IMG/VR virus record: IMGVR_UViG_3300033407_000006 | Span: 10,877 to 74,876 of that record | DNA: 64,000 nucleotides | Origin: a virus | Taxonomy: Duplodnaviria; Caudoviricetes | Reading direction: 5' to 3' (one strand) | Shown: positions 43,287 to 54,500 of the stretch, piece after piece | How the letters are laid out: each line of letters starts with the position of its first letter | Position numbering within the stretch: the first letter of the stretch is position 1 | Notes under the pieces: model-generated | What the model saw: the letters and a program-made list of their open reading frames with translations, nothing else | Databases searched by the model: none | Told to the model about the DNA's origin: nothing | Position numbers and translations under genes: made by a program

Positions 43287-44297
43287 TCAGATCAGGGTGT
43301 TGGGGTCGGAGAACTCGGGGGCGCTGTTGGCCCGCCCGAAGTGGACATCCTGCTTTTTCGTTTCGGTCGTCTTCGACAGGTAGATTGCCCGGCTTTCACC
43401 GATAGGCAGACCCGAGATATTCACCGTTTTCGCGCTCTCGAAGAAGCCGACAAGGGTGTTGAAATCGTCTTCCCCGGCCATGCTGATAATGGCCTTGACC
43501 ACTTTGTCGGGAACAACGACGGGGCTTTTCTTGGCGGCCTCGAAGATCATCTGTTCCCGTAGAGACTGAGATGCTTTCCCGTTCTTCAGCGCCTCCAGTT
43601 CGCGGCGGGCGGCGGCGAGGTCATCGCGCAAGGCGCTCTCCAGAATGGCGGCTTCTTCAAGGTGTCCCTGCATTTCAATGGCGCGGACGTGCTCGGTTGC
43701 CGCCCAATACTGAAGGTAGCCCTCGGCCTTGCCTTCCTTGATTCCGGCGGACTTGCAGATGCTTTCCAGGATCAGATCGTGGACCTTGCCCCCGTCTCCG
43801 GCGCTCTCCAGGATGTAGCCGCGATTCAGCGCGAATCCGGGGTTCATCACATAGTCGAACCCCTGGATTTCGGTGATCTTGGTCGCACCCATCGCGCCGC
43901 CGTCGCTGCCGCCGCAGGCCCAGGAAAACCCGCCCACGCGAGACTCATTCAGCGCCTTGACGACCTTGCCCGGCTCGGTGTTCATGATCTCCTGCGTGTG
44001 CGTGACGTTGCCGTTGTCGTCGATTTCCAGTGCGGTCGTGACGTTGGAAGGCACGTTTTCCACCAGCAACGGCGCTCCTGTGGGGCCCTTGATGATCTCC
44101 ACCTCGGAGACGGCCAGCTTGCGGGCGATTTCGCGCCGCCCGTGCCCGAGATACCCCAGGAGTTCCCGCAGCCTCATCGCCTCTCTCGTTTCGGGGGCGT
44201 AACAGGCTTTGCGGGCGTTCTCCAGGATGTACTTTCGATGGTGCCCGGTGTACTTCCGGCCTTCCTCGAACAGATTGAATCTGCACTCAATTTTCAT
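43287..44297 (-). CDS. pro: Prohead protease (P1 Pro-like)
   Basis: ERRKYTG pattern (GRKYTGHHR), YLGHGRR, GGFSWA, GFDYVMNPGF, follows the portal. Confidence 0.8.
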   Translation of the reverse strand: MKIECRFNLFEEGRKYTGHHRKYILENARKACYAPETREAMRLRELLGYLGHGRREIARKLAVSEVEIIKGPTGAPLLVENVPSNVTTALEIDDNGNVTHTQEIMNTEPGKVVKALNESRVGGFSWACGGSDGGAMGATKITEIQGFDYVMNPGFALNRGYILESAGDGGKVHDLILESICKSAGIKEGKAEGYLQYWAATEHVRAIEMQGHLEEAAILESALRDDLAAARRELEALKNGKASQSLREQMIFEAAKKSPVVVPDKVVKAIISMAGEDDFNTLVGFFESAKTVNISGLPIGESRAIYLSKTTETKKQDVHFGRANSAPEFSDPNTLI

Positions 44298-44300
44298 CGT

Positions 44301-45947
44301 TCAGTCCTTTCCCTCGTACAGCCGGTCAAGGTAGTCATTGACTGACCTGTCCAGCGCCGATTCAAACATGGCATCATCTTCCGGAGGTTCCTCGCCGCCC
44401 TCTTCCTGGGGGGCTTCGGCTTTCTTCGCCGGGAAAATCTGCGCGTATTTCTCTTCGGGAACCTTCATCACGTCGGTCCACAAGTAATTGTGGAGAGCGG
44501 GCCGGTCCACGGTTTGAAATTCGGGGTCCGTGGTCTGGATGAGCTGCCCCATCATGGTTGCGAACGTGGCCCGGCTTTCCATGTTCTCCTGCTCCTCGCG
44601 CTCCATCGCCGTCGAGACGCTGTTGAAGACGATGCGCCAGGGGCGTTCGTTGGGCAGGAAGACCTTGCCGTATTTGTAGGCGACGTGAATGTCGCACAGC
44701 CGCATTGCCGCGTCGGATACGGCCTTTCGGAGCATCTGGGCCTTGATTGCCGCCTGAATGGAGAGGCGGAAGAAGCCCCCGTCGCCAAGCCCGCCGGAGA
44801 GCAGTTCCCCGAAGCCAAGCAGCGCCGGATCGATGCCGACGGCGGACCCGAGGCGCTTGACGTGAAACTCGATATCCGCCAAGGCCTCGATATTCGGCGT
44901 CCCCTCAATAGCGTTGATGTCCAGCCGGGCCCGCCCGTCGCCGAAGATGGGGATCAGGTGATTCACGACGGTTTGAACGAAGCCCCGCTTCAGGCTGCGC
45001 TCTGCGTCCGCCTTGTTGGCGTTGTGGATCTGCTTCGCCACCACGTTGAGATATTCGGCGGCCTTGCGCGGGTCCAGCTTGCCGGTGTTGACGCCCACCA
45101 TGCGCTCCAGGCGGCTGGCATTCTTCCGGCTCATGTTCAGCGACACGATTGCGTCCTGAAGGTCCATCCACGGGACATAGGCCGTTTCAATAAGGCTGGT
45201 TCCGTAATTCTGGCTTTCGTGGATCGGCTCGTTGTCGAGGTCTTCCGAAGAGAGGTCGAACAGGTTTGCATCGATGCGCAACGGCTCAACGTCCGGCGTC
45301 TGCCAGAGCGGGATGCGAATCGGGATCAGCTTCCAGGGCTCCAGCAGTCTCAAGCCCCCGGCCTGGGCCTGCTGATAGGTGGAGACGTAGCCTACGATCT
45401 GCCCGCCGCGCTCATAGGCGGCAATGTTTTTCGGGTGCGTGTAGAAGTCGCTGCGGACGTTGGTGATGCCCTTTCCACGGTCGCCATAGACGCGGGCGAA
45501 GTAGCTGCCATACAGGGCCGCGTTGTAGGCCCAAAAGTGGCAATTACTGTTCAGGATGTCGGCAAGGGCGTTGCGCAGCTCAAGGACGATGGGGTTCTTT
45601 TCGTCGCCGATGGATTCGATAGCGATGATCTCGCCGGTGTCTTTCCGGGGCGAGAGTGCCTCGGTGACGTGCATCTTCAGGGCGCTGTCAATCGTGGGGT
45701 CTTCGGCCATGGCCCGGTAGATGCCGTAGCGCTCAAGACGGGATTTTGGCAGCTCGTAAATGGCCTTGCCGTCGCTGTCCTTCGCCGTCGTCGCCAGCGC
45801 CGACTGAATACCGCCGCCCAAGAAATCCTCATAGGCCGTGGCGGGGGGCGCTATCGCCGATGCGGCAAGGGCGCTCGATTGGTGATCGGTGCTGGTCGTC
45901 CCTGGGAAGAGCTGGCCCCAGATCGTTTTTTTCTTTTTCTCAGCCAC
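44301..45947 (-). CDS. prt: Portal protein (P1 Prt-like)
   Basis: MAEDPTIDSALKMH, YGTSLIETAY, LGFGELLSGGLGDGGFFRLS, W...FNS.STA. Confidence 0.85.
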   Translation of the reverse strand: MAEKKKKTIWGQLFPGTTSTDHQSSALAASAIAPPATAYEDFLGGGIQSALATTAKDSDGKAIYELPKSRLERYGIYRAMAEDPTIDSALKMHVTEALSPRKDTGEIIAIESIGDEKNPIVLELRNALADILNSNCHFWAYNAALYGSYFARVYGDRGKGITNVRSDFYTHPKNIAAYERGGQIVGYVSTYQQAQAGGLRLLEPWKLIPIRIPLWQTPDVEPLRIDANLFDLSSEDLDNEPIHESQNYGTSLIETAYVPWMDLQDAIVSLNMSRKNASRLERMVGVNTGKLDPRKAAEYLNVVAKQIHNANKADAERSLKRGFVQTVVNHLIPIFGDGRARLDINAIEGTPNIEALADIEFHVKRLGSAVGIDPALLGFGELLSGGLGDGGFFRLSIQAAIKAQMLRKAVSDAAMRLCDIHVAYKYGKVFLPNERPWRIVFNSVSTAMEREEQENMESRATFATMMGQLIQTTDPEFQTVDRPALHNYLWTDVMKVPEEKYAQIFPAKKAEAPQEEGGEEPPEDDAMFESALDRSVNDYLDRLYEGKD

Positions 45948-45975
45948 GTTGCCCCCGCTTTTCGGATTCTGCAAC

Positions 45976-46013
45976 AGCATAGGAGAGGGACAAGGGTAGA
46001 TAAACAAGCGCAA
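45976..46013 (-). promoter_or_regulatory. Putative late promoter TGTTTATC-N17-TATGCT
   Basis: Shares TTGCGCYTGTTTATC with the capsid promoter. Confidence 0.55.
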
Positions 46014-46078
46014 GGCGATTGAAAACATTGCGCTTTCCCGGCTACGGCCCCGGTTTCTCTTCTTGTATCTTTTTTGTG

Positions 46079-46107
46079 TTGACAGATATAGGATGTGAGA
46101 CTAGAGT
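46079..46107 (+). promoter_or_regulatory. Sigma70-type promoter TTGACA-N17-TAGAGT
   Basis: Twin of 683-711. Confidence 0.7.
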
Positions 46108-46176
46108 TTCACCATGAAAGGCGGCGCGGGGCTGCCGGGGCGGACAAGCCGACTCAGGGAGAGGGAGGAAATAGTC

Positions 46177-46419
46177 ATGGGTGCTCAGTTGGTAGAATCG
46201 ACATGCTCTTACTGCAAAGGTAGCGGAAAGGCTGAGAGATTGATGGAACAAAACTTCACCGGGGATTGGGTTCCTAACACCATACTAGGGCACGACATTG
46301 CAGACGCATGGATCGCCGAGGACAATCAAGCCCCGATACGCTGGGAGGATTGCGAGTGTCCGATTTGCGCAGGTGTTGGTAAGTATGAGCTGGAGACAAC
46401 GCCTTGCCGGATATTTTAA
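46177..46419 (+). CDS. DnaJ-type Zn-finger protein
   Basis: CSYCKGSG and CPICAGVG, GGAGG RBS. Confidence 0.65.
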   Translation: MGAQLVESTCSYCKGSGKAERLMEQNFTGDWVPNTILGHDIADAWIAEDNQAPIRWEDCECPICAGVGKYELETTPCRIF

Positions 46420-46468
46420 CAACTTGAAGCTACGGGAAACCGGGCTGCCCAACAAAAAGGAGGCAATC

Positions 46469-46999
46469 ATGAGCACATATCGCGTGAGAATCCACGAACT
46501 TTCAAGACGCGAGGACGCGGTTGATTTGACAACCAACGTCCGCGCCGAAGACCGCAAGGAAGCTGTCGAAAAGGCTACCAAGAAGCTCTTTGGGAAAAAC
46601 TGCTTCTGGTTCCCGGACAGCGGCCTCGGCTTCTTTTACGGCCAAGTCTTCAAGCCCGTGTCGCAGAAGCTCGGGGGCGGAAACTCGTCTCAGACCTGCC
46701 GGGCCCGCGCCTACGTGGAAGCGGTCGGCTTCGAGTCGGTTTGGTATTCGCCGCGCAACTTCAACAACGAGGGCTATTATATTTACGGGTCCGCAGGCGA
46801 GATCCACGCCTTTTTCAAGGAAAAGGTTGCCGGAGACGCGGATTCGGGATGGGGCATGCACCGGGACCACCGAACCCTTGAGGGGGCCAGGAACCGGGCC
46901 GAAAAGTCCGCACGAAGCGACAATGCCGGACACATCCGTTGCGGAGAGATTGCCTGTATCTCTGCGGTCCACGTCTCGGAGATTTGGGAGGGAAAATGA
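46469..46999 (+). CDS. Hypothetical protein
   Basis: AAGGAGG RBS, 176 aa. Confidence 0.65.
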   Translation: MSTYRVRIHELSRREDAVDLTTNVRAEDRKEAVEKATKKLFGKNCFWFPDSGLGFFYGQVFKPVSQKLGGGNSSQTCRARAYVEAVGFESVWYSPRNFNNEGYYIYGSAGEIHAFFKEKVAGDADSGWGMHRDHRTLEGARNRAEKSARSDNAGHIRCGEIACISAVHVSEIWEGK

Positions 47000-47331
47000 A
47001 AACCTATCGTTTTGACGGTAACAGCCATTGTGCCCCGGCCTATACATGCAGCATCCCCGGCGACAACTCCGGGGATTACCTTCGTCTTGAAGAGGTAGAA
47101 GAGGTCATGGCTGCCGAGATCCTGCGGCTGGAAGAAAAGGGGCTCCATGCCGCCATGAATCTGGGAATTGGCGCCCAGGTAGCGATCCACGCCGATGAAA
47201 GAGCGGCGCGGTTTCATTTCGCACTGGTGACAGGGACCGCAGTTTCTGGACATCACCTTGAGGAACGCCTTGCAAAAGCCAAGGCACGGGTCAGGGCGAA
47301 GCAGGAGGCAAATCGTGTTCGTGGTGGTTGA
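46996..47331 (+). CDS. Hypothetical protein
   Basis: ATGA coupling, GGAGGG RBS. Confidence 0.6.
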   Translation: MKTYRFDGNSHCAPAYTCSIPGDNSGDYLRLEEVEEVMAAEILRLEEKGLHAAMNLGIGAQVAIHADERAARFHFALVTGTAVSGHHLEERLAKAKARVRAKQEANRVRGG

Positions 47332-47553
47332 TACGGCGGAACAGGGCAGCGGCTACCTGGGCCGGATCTTGTCGCAGCATCGCAGTATCGCAGTTGCGGA
47401 AAAGCACCGGCCCGATGCACAGGGTATCCGCGTTGTGGAGACATGTTGTTTACTCAGGCGCGGCGAGAAGCTGCATTGGACGGAAGTGAAAGCGTAGAGG
47501 GTGCGGAATCGAGACTTTTTTAAAGCGGCCATAACGGCCAAAGGAGAACACCA

Positions 47554-47730
47554 ATGCCAAAACACGAAATAAAACATACCTCTGGTGGAAGTGCCGAAAT
47601 GAGCTGGATTCAACCTGTTTGTTCCTGTGGCTGGGTCGGGTCGAAACGCTACGGCTACGAAGATTACCAGTACGCATTGGTCAAGCAACAAGAAGCGGCA
47701 CACCTTGCAAGACCGGACCAGTCGCCGTAA
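47554..47730 (+). CDS. Small hypothetical protein (CSCGW motif)
   Basis: AAGGAG RBS, manual translation. Confidence 0.55.
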   Translation: MPKHEIKHTSGGSAEMSWIQPVCSCGWVGSKRYGYEDYQYALVKQQEAAHLARPDQSP

Positions 47731-47775
47731 AACGAATCTCGTTCATTGAACGAGATTCTTCACATTTCAACGCAT

Positions 47776-47809
47776 AAAAAAAGGCCCCTCGTTTCCAAGG
47801 GGCCTTTTT
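47776..47809. terminator. Bidirectional intrinsic terminator
   Basis: AAAAAAAGGCCCCT...AGGGGCCTTTTT between convergent genes. Confidence 0.8.
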
Positions 47810-47832
47810 CGTGCACCGATAGGGAGGGAGGT

Positions 47833-48258
47833 CTATCGGTACAGCTTCCGGGCAATCGAAACGCGCTCTGCGTCGTCGTCGGTAAGCGTATAGCTGAGAG
47901 TTTCGCCGCCGTCAATCTCGAAAGTGTGAACAACCCGGTTGCGGTCGATCTCGAACATGACGTTGTAATAGCTCATGGCGGCAAGTAGGTTCGTGGTTTC
48001 ATCGCCGTAATCCAGGGCGGCGAAGGCGGCGTCATCGATATCTTCGCCGAAGTCGAGAGTCCCACGGTCAATCAGGGCCTTCTTCACCAGCCACCAGTAA
48101 GGACCGAAGGCCCGGTAATGGTCGGGGTTCCTGATCAGATACCGGGTCATGGTTGCGGTGAATTTGTTTGCCCAATCCTCGGGCTTGATCTTGGCCGTGG
48201 CCTGCAACAGCAGGGGGGCAAGCTCTTCCTTGGTCGGTTTGCGGATTCGCTCTATCAT
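47833..48258 (-). CDS. ulx: Ulx-like protein (DarB packaging factor in P1)
   Basis: KP.K..L...RNPDHYRAFGPYWWLVKKALIDRG..FG matches the recalled P1 Ulx pattern, downstream of darB. Confidence 0.7.
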   Translation of the reverse strand: MIERIRKPTKEELAPLLLQATAKIKPEDWANKFTATMTRYLIRNPDHYRAFGPYWWLVKKALIDRGTLDFGEDIDDAAFAALDYGDETTNLLAAMSYYNVMFEIDRNRVVHTFEIDGGETLSYTLTDDDAERVSIARKLYR

Positions 48259-48497
48259 AGCAGGGCCTCTTTCAAAAGTTGCTCGCACAAGGGGGCGAGT
48301 TCGTGGTTTTGTTCGCTCAGAACCTTCAGCGCCTTCTCCAGCGCCGCCGTTTCGTGAAAGCGGGTCTCTTTCATCCCGGTGACTTCCGCCGCGAACTGGA
48401 AGACCTTTTTTGCGTCCGCGCTGATGCGGTAATGAACGTGCTCTCGCCGTCCACCTCGGGGAACCTTGAATTTTCCGTACTTTCCGGCCTTGGGCAT
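48255..48497 (-). CDS. Ribbon-helix-helix DNA-binding protein
   Basis: EHVHYRISADAKKVFQFAAEVTGMKETRF. Confidence 0.6.
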   Translation of the reverse strand: MPKAGKYGKFKVPRGGRREHVHYRISADAKKVFQFAAEVTGMKETRFHETAALEKALKVLSEQNHELAPLCEQLLKEALL

Positions 48498-48551
48498 TTG
48501 CTACCTCCTTGTGAAGAAGGTAGCAAGCCCATCTTTTTTGTCAACACAAAA

Positions 48552-51500
48552 TTACGACAGGATTTCGTACAGGTCTTCGAGGTTGACCGTCGAAGGCACA
48601 TGCCACCAAGAGCCCTTGAACTCTCCGGGTTCATCAGAAAAGTACTTGGCATCGTAGCGGGCTTTAAGGGTTTCTTTCCGCGCTCTCAGGTTCCCGTTCC
48701 ATCCCTTTGTATCCTGAATCAGCAGGCGGCTGAACGGGGCGAAGGTCTTGCGGGAAACGACAAGGTTGCCGGTGTTGATTTTCACGATCATGCCGATTTT
48801 ACGGAAAGCCTCAACGATGTTTTCGGGCACTTCCTTGTAATTCGGGTCGGCCTTCAGGGCTTCCTGCTTGGCCAGCTCCGCTTCTTCCTGCTCGGCCCTG
48901 GCGATCCGCTCGGCCTCTTCCTTGATGGCCTGGGCCCGCCCGTCGATTTCCGACTTCTTGGCCTTCATGAAGTCATTCGCCCATTGCTGGATTTCGGCCC
49001 GGTTGTCTCCAAGCGCGAAGCCAGCGCTTTGAAGCGCGGTTGACCAACTCCCCACCGAACGCCAGGGCCCGTAATAGCCCCCGTTGTTGATGGCCTCCTT
49101 CAGGATCGCGTCCGTCCAGGGACCGGACGTGTTCGCCGCCTTGGCCGATTCGACAAAGGCTTCATGAGCGGACGCCAGCGCCTCCAGCACGTCGCCTTGC
49201 GTTGCTCTTGTCCCGTACTCGACAGCCTGGGTCTCAAATCCGGCCCCGAAAAGTTCGGCCATGGTCCGTTTGACGGCGTAGAGGCTTGATGCTCCCGAAC
49301 GGACCATGCCCAGGTAAAACTTGAAAGCGATCTCTCTGAACGAGGAATCGTTTTTGTCCGGGTAAAGCAGGGTGTTTTTCTCCCGGTCGAAGTAATCGAA
49401 CGCGACGCCTCCATCAGGGTTGCGAACGAAAACAGGGTTGTAGACCTGGACCTTCACCTTGTCGTAATGCTCCAGAAAGGTTTCCTTGTCGATTCCGGCA
49501 GCCAAGTCCGCATAGGCAAACTCGGTATTGAGCACCTTCACCAGATTGAGTTCGGCCTCGGAGTAAGTGACCTGCATCGCCTCTTCACGGTCAAGCGTCC
49601 GAATCTCGCGCCAGCCGTGGACCGTCTTGCCCTCGAAGTCTTTCGCGTACTCGAATTTCGTGGCGGGCAGCGAATTGCCGATGATCATCTCTGCGGTGAA
49701 GCCGCGCAATTCGTGGTTCACCTCCTTGATTTTGAAAATGCGCGTCGTGCTGCTATCGGCCCGATATTCCCAGGTATCGCCCACGGCAACCAGCTTCCCG
49801 CCTGGCGTCGATAGGACTTCCCCGGCCCGCTCTATCAGCTCGGCATCGAATGGCAGGTCGTTCTTCGCCGCCTTGGCCTTCAGTTCGAGCTTTGTCCGGG
49901 TGATCTTGGCCGCCAGATCCGTCTTCTTGGCGTCGAAGCGAACGTCAAGCGTTGCCAGCAGGTTTTCGGCCTTCTTGAGGTTGTCCTGCTTTTTCCCGAT
50001 TTTGGACCCGATAGATTTCCGCTCGTCGCCGGTTGCGCTTTGGCCTTTGGTTTTCAGGGCGTCGATTTCCAGGGTCAGAGTGCGGATCTCTTCGGCGAGG
50101 TTCTTGCGCTGCTCTTCACGGCCTGCTTCCAGCTTGGAGAGCGCCGCCTCGTTGGATGCGAGTACCTGGAGTTTGTTGACCGATGCGGCCCGGCTGCGCT
50201 CCCGGTCTTTTTCCTCCTTGGCCTTCCTGATTTCAGCGAGCTTTTGCTTTGCCGCCTCGGGGTCCGCCTCGAACATCAGCATGAGTTCGTCGGTGTCCGT
50301 GGCGTTGGCGTTCTTTGCCGTGGCCTCGCCGTTTTTGCTGAACAGTTCGTTGAGCCAGCCCTTCTTGGTGTTGAGCGTGTTCAGCCGGTAGCTGTCGAAA
50401 CTGCGCTTGGCCTGATAGTAGTAGATTCGGACCTTGCCCGCCGTGTTGCCCTGGCGCAGGCCGCGCCCGTTGCGCTGGGTGATGCTTGCCGGGGTCCAGG
50501 GGAAGGTCAGGTGGTGGATTCCCGTCGTCCCCTTCTGGAGATTCAGGCCCACCTCGGCCTTCTTGTTGGCGATGACGATGCGGACGGAACCGGAGTTGTA
50601 CGCCGCCGCGATTTGCTGAACCACATCGTCCTTGGCTTCGTCGGCATTGATGATGGCGATCTTGGTTTCGTCCATGCCGAGATTGTGCGCCAGGATGCGC
50701 CGCAGCTTGCCGTGCTGGGTCTTCTCGTCGGTGAAGATGATTTGCTTTCCGTTCGCCTCCACCTCCGTGCGGCAATTCTCTACCAGCTTGGCGTACTTGG
50801 GGGTCAGGGGGTGCGATACCGATTGAGGGTCGATTTTGAATTTGCCGAACTTCTTGACGATCTCGCCCTCGTAGCCCTGATTGACCGTCACGATGTAGGT
50901 TTCGCCGGATTCCTTTTTCACCAGTGCGTCAGCAAGGCGAATGGTGCGCTTGATGGCTTTTTGAGGCTTGCCCTGCTCCGAAAGATCCTCGTTGAAGTCC
51001 GGGTCTCCGATCCGGGGGGTGACGCTGATTTCAATCGACTCCTTTTGAGCCGCGAGCAGGGCATCCACCTTGCTCTTTTCGGACGCCTGAAAATGGAAGG
51101 TGATAACGCCCCGGAAAAGATCCATGTCGGTCGTCACCGTCTCCATGTCGCGCATGATGGAGAAGATCGGCCTGGGGTTCGCGCTCGGTACGCCCTTGAG
51201 CATGTCGGACGCTTCGCGGCGCAGGCGTTCGTAGTTGGTCTCCTGCTCCGGGGCCATGCCCACTTCTTCGTTCAGCTCTTCGCCTTCTGGCAGCTCCAGC
51301 CCTACATCGTTGGCGTTTTTGAGCGTCGCGTATTTGTTGAACAGCGCCCGCAGGCCGTCAAGGTTCTTGAAGCCGACAAGGCCCTCCTTGGTGACGGTTT
51401 CGGCGGCAACGGTCAGCTTGTCCACCATGGCCGTCTCCCCGAACTCGCGCATGAAATCGTCGGGGTTGGAGATGCCCCTCGCCTCGAATTCCTCGAAAGG

Positions 51501-54500
51501 AATCACCTGGGCCAGGGAGTTGAAGATCTCCAGCGGGGAGTTGGTCACGGGGGTTGCCGAGAGCTGATAGACGCCGCGCCCGCCGTTCATCTCCCGGATG
51601 ACATCGGCCTTGAGCTGCATGTCAAGGCCGCGCTGAGAGGGGTTGATCTGGGAGACGAAAGCGAGGCTGCTGGTTTTCTCCCCTCCGGCGAAGCTGTTCT
51701 TGAACGCATGGGATTCGTCGGTGATGATGTCAGTAAAGCCCAGATCTTCCAGGTAGGGGAGCTGGTCTTTTTTGTCTCCGATGTTCGAGAGGTCTCCCTC
51801 CAGCCGCTCGGCCTTTACGGCATCGCCGTAAGAAACCTTGTCGTTCTTCTCGGCATCTTTCAGGGTTTTTTCGTCCATCAGGCCGCGCTTCGTCCATTTA
51901 TCGACGAAGGCGCTCATGGTTGCGGGCTTGACGGGGATATCCTTGAGCTTTTCGTGTGTCATGACGATCAGGGAGTAGTTCGACTGCGGAATCCTCCACA
52001 TATCCCGAAGCACGTCTTCCCGGTCGTTCCGCACGATGAGCCGATCCCGCCACATGGGATTGCCGTTCTTGTCCGTGGCCTGATTGCCCTCTTCGTCAAG
52101 AACGGGCTCCTGCATGACGGTTCCGTCTTTGCCGAGTTCGGGCTCCAGCCCGACGAAAAGAACCTGATCCATGTTGCCGAGGAAGGTCTTGGATTCGTGA
52201 TACCAGTTCGACAAGACTGAGTTGGGAACGGCGATGCAGGTTCGCTTGGAGCGTCCCATCTGCTTGTTGTAGGCGTAGAGGCCCAGGGCGGTGAACGTCT
52301 TGCCCACGCCGACATCGAAACCGATAAGACCGCCGCCCATTTCGGAGCGGTTGCGGATCTCTTCGTTCTGGTGAGGCTTCAGCGTGATTTGCCCCGAGAC
52401 GTTTCTCAGCCCCAGGTCTTCGCCGCTGTGCTCGAAGGGCAGATACCCGTTGTATTTACGGTCGTAGGCGTCCAGAACGTCGGATATGTCGCCGTGGCTC
52501 TTCATCCAGGCGTTGAACTGCTCTTCGATCCCCTGGATATACTCGAAGTATTCCGTTTTCGCCTCAGAAGCGGTTGCATCGGCCCGGTTGCCCCCGCGCA
52601 CGTTGTCACCGTTGAGGTACTTCTCGAACTGGTTGCGCTCTTTCTGGAGCGACTTTCCAGCCTCAAGCTGCCACTCACCGAAGGGGTTGTCCGTGTTCTC
52701 CACAAACTGTTTTTTCTCTTCGGTCTGCCCGTTGTAGGGGTTCTCCGTCGTCACCAGCTCAACGGCCCCGTAGCGGGCCTTGGGGAATCCGAATTGACGC
52801 AGGAACGCCAGGGGATACTTCTTGTCGATCCACTTGGAACGCAGGGAGAATGTCAGGCGCTCGGGGTCGATGCGGGGGCGCAGTTCATCGATCCGGCGGA
52901 CCTGTGACAGGAATTTCGCCCGAAGGCGTTCGTCCTTTTCCGAAGCCGCAGCGTCGTACAGGGCCGCGATCTTCGGGAAGATATCGCCGCTGCAATACCG
53001 CCCCATGGGTTCAATCATGCCGCCGGGGGTAATGGCGATACCCTCCACGTCCGCCAGATCGGCCATGGATTCGATTTTGCGCCCGCCGGTATAGAGATCC
53101 TTGATGGTCTCCAGGTCGATTTCCGTGATCCCTTCGCGGACAAACAAATGCTCCACGATGGCCTGAACGTCGTCGGTCGCAAATTGCAGCGTCCGCCCCG
53201 TACCTTCCAGCGTCCCGGCCAACAGGTCCGAGAATGCGCCGTTTCTGTCCACGCTGGCGGCGAAGGCCCCGAATGCCCGGGAGGAGCTGCCGGTCACGTT
53301 CAGCTTCTTGTTGTTGGCCGGGTGCCCGTAGCGCTCGATTTCGGCAACGATGAGTTCCTGAAGGGCAAGGCGCTCCGACTCGTCACCCGCCCCGTCGGAG
53401 ACGGCATTTTGATAGCGCCCGATCATGCCGCCGATGATGGACCCGCGCCAAAGCTGTTCACTGAGCTTGGGGTTTTGGCTCATGGCAAACTGAATGGACT
53501 CGGAAGCCAGTGCGCCCATTCGGTCGCCATAGGCCTTGAAGGCCCTCCATGCCTGGGCGGCGGTGAGCTTGAGGCAGGTTCTCGGGTTGTTCAGGATGTC
53601 CAGCAGCTCTTCCACGGTCCCGGCTCCGAACTGCTCCCGGTCAATCGGGTGATCGGGGTCCGCTGATTCCAGCCGGGTCCAGCCGTTTTCGCCGAACTCA
53701 TATTCGATGCCGTTGATGGTCTTGCGGTCTCCGGGGGCGTAGTTCTTCGCTTCGGGTTCCACCAGTTCCAGCGCCGCCCAATCGATGCGGCTCGCAAACT
53801 TCTGAGCCAGCCGCGCCTTGAGCCCGGCGTCGTCCACGTCACCGTCTACGCGCTCGCGGCTCCAGCGGTCTCCGTCCACCTTGGGAAAGTATTGGCCCAT
53901 GATGAACCGCTTGCCCTCCCCCAGCCAGTACCGGCCCTCAATGAACTCATCGAAGAAAACGCGGGTAGATTCGAGCGTGTCCTTGTCCAGCTCTTCGAGC
54001 TTGGCCGCCACCTCCGCAATGTGCTTGCGCAGAACCACAACGTCCGTGACGGTATCGGTGCCCTGGCTCGCAAAGGTCTTGCTGGGCAGCTTGTGCGCCC
54101 CGAGGAATTCGGCCTTGCGGCTGATGCCCCGCCGCCAGTTCTGCCATGCCGCCTGTTTGTTGCCGACAACCGACGTGGGGCAGATGAGTACCGCCAGCCC
54201 GCCCGGCTTGATCTTGTCCAGGATGCGGGTGATGAAATAGCGCTCCAGACTGCTCTCGTTGCGGAATGCCTTGTCGATATGCCGGGAAGCGCCTCGGGCG
54301 TTGCCAAAAGGCACGTTGGTCACGCAGGAATCGAAGGTGCCGTCGGGCGTGTCCATGACAAGCTGCTCGAACGGCTTGTTGCTGATCTTGTCCTCGGGGT
54401 TGAGCAGGGCGGCAATCTGGCTGCCGTCCTTGTCGATATCGCAGCCGGTGACGATGACATCCCCTTTAGGCTTCGTCGCGCTGAACATCCCGTGTCCGGT

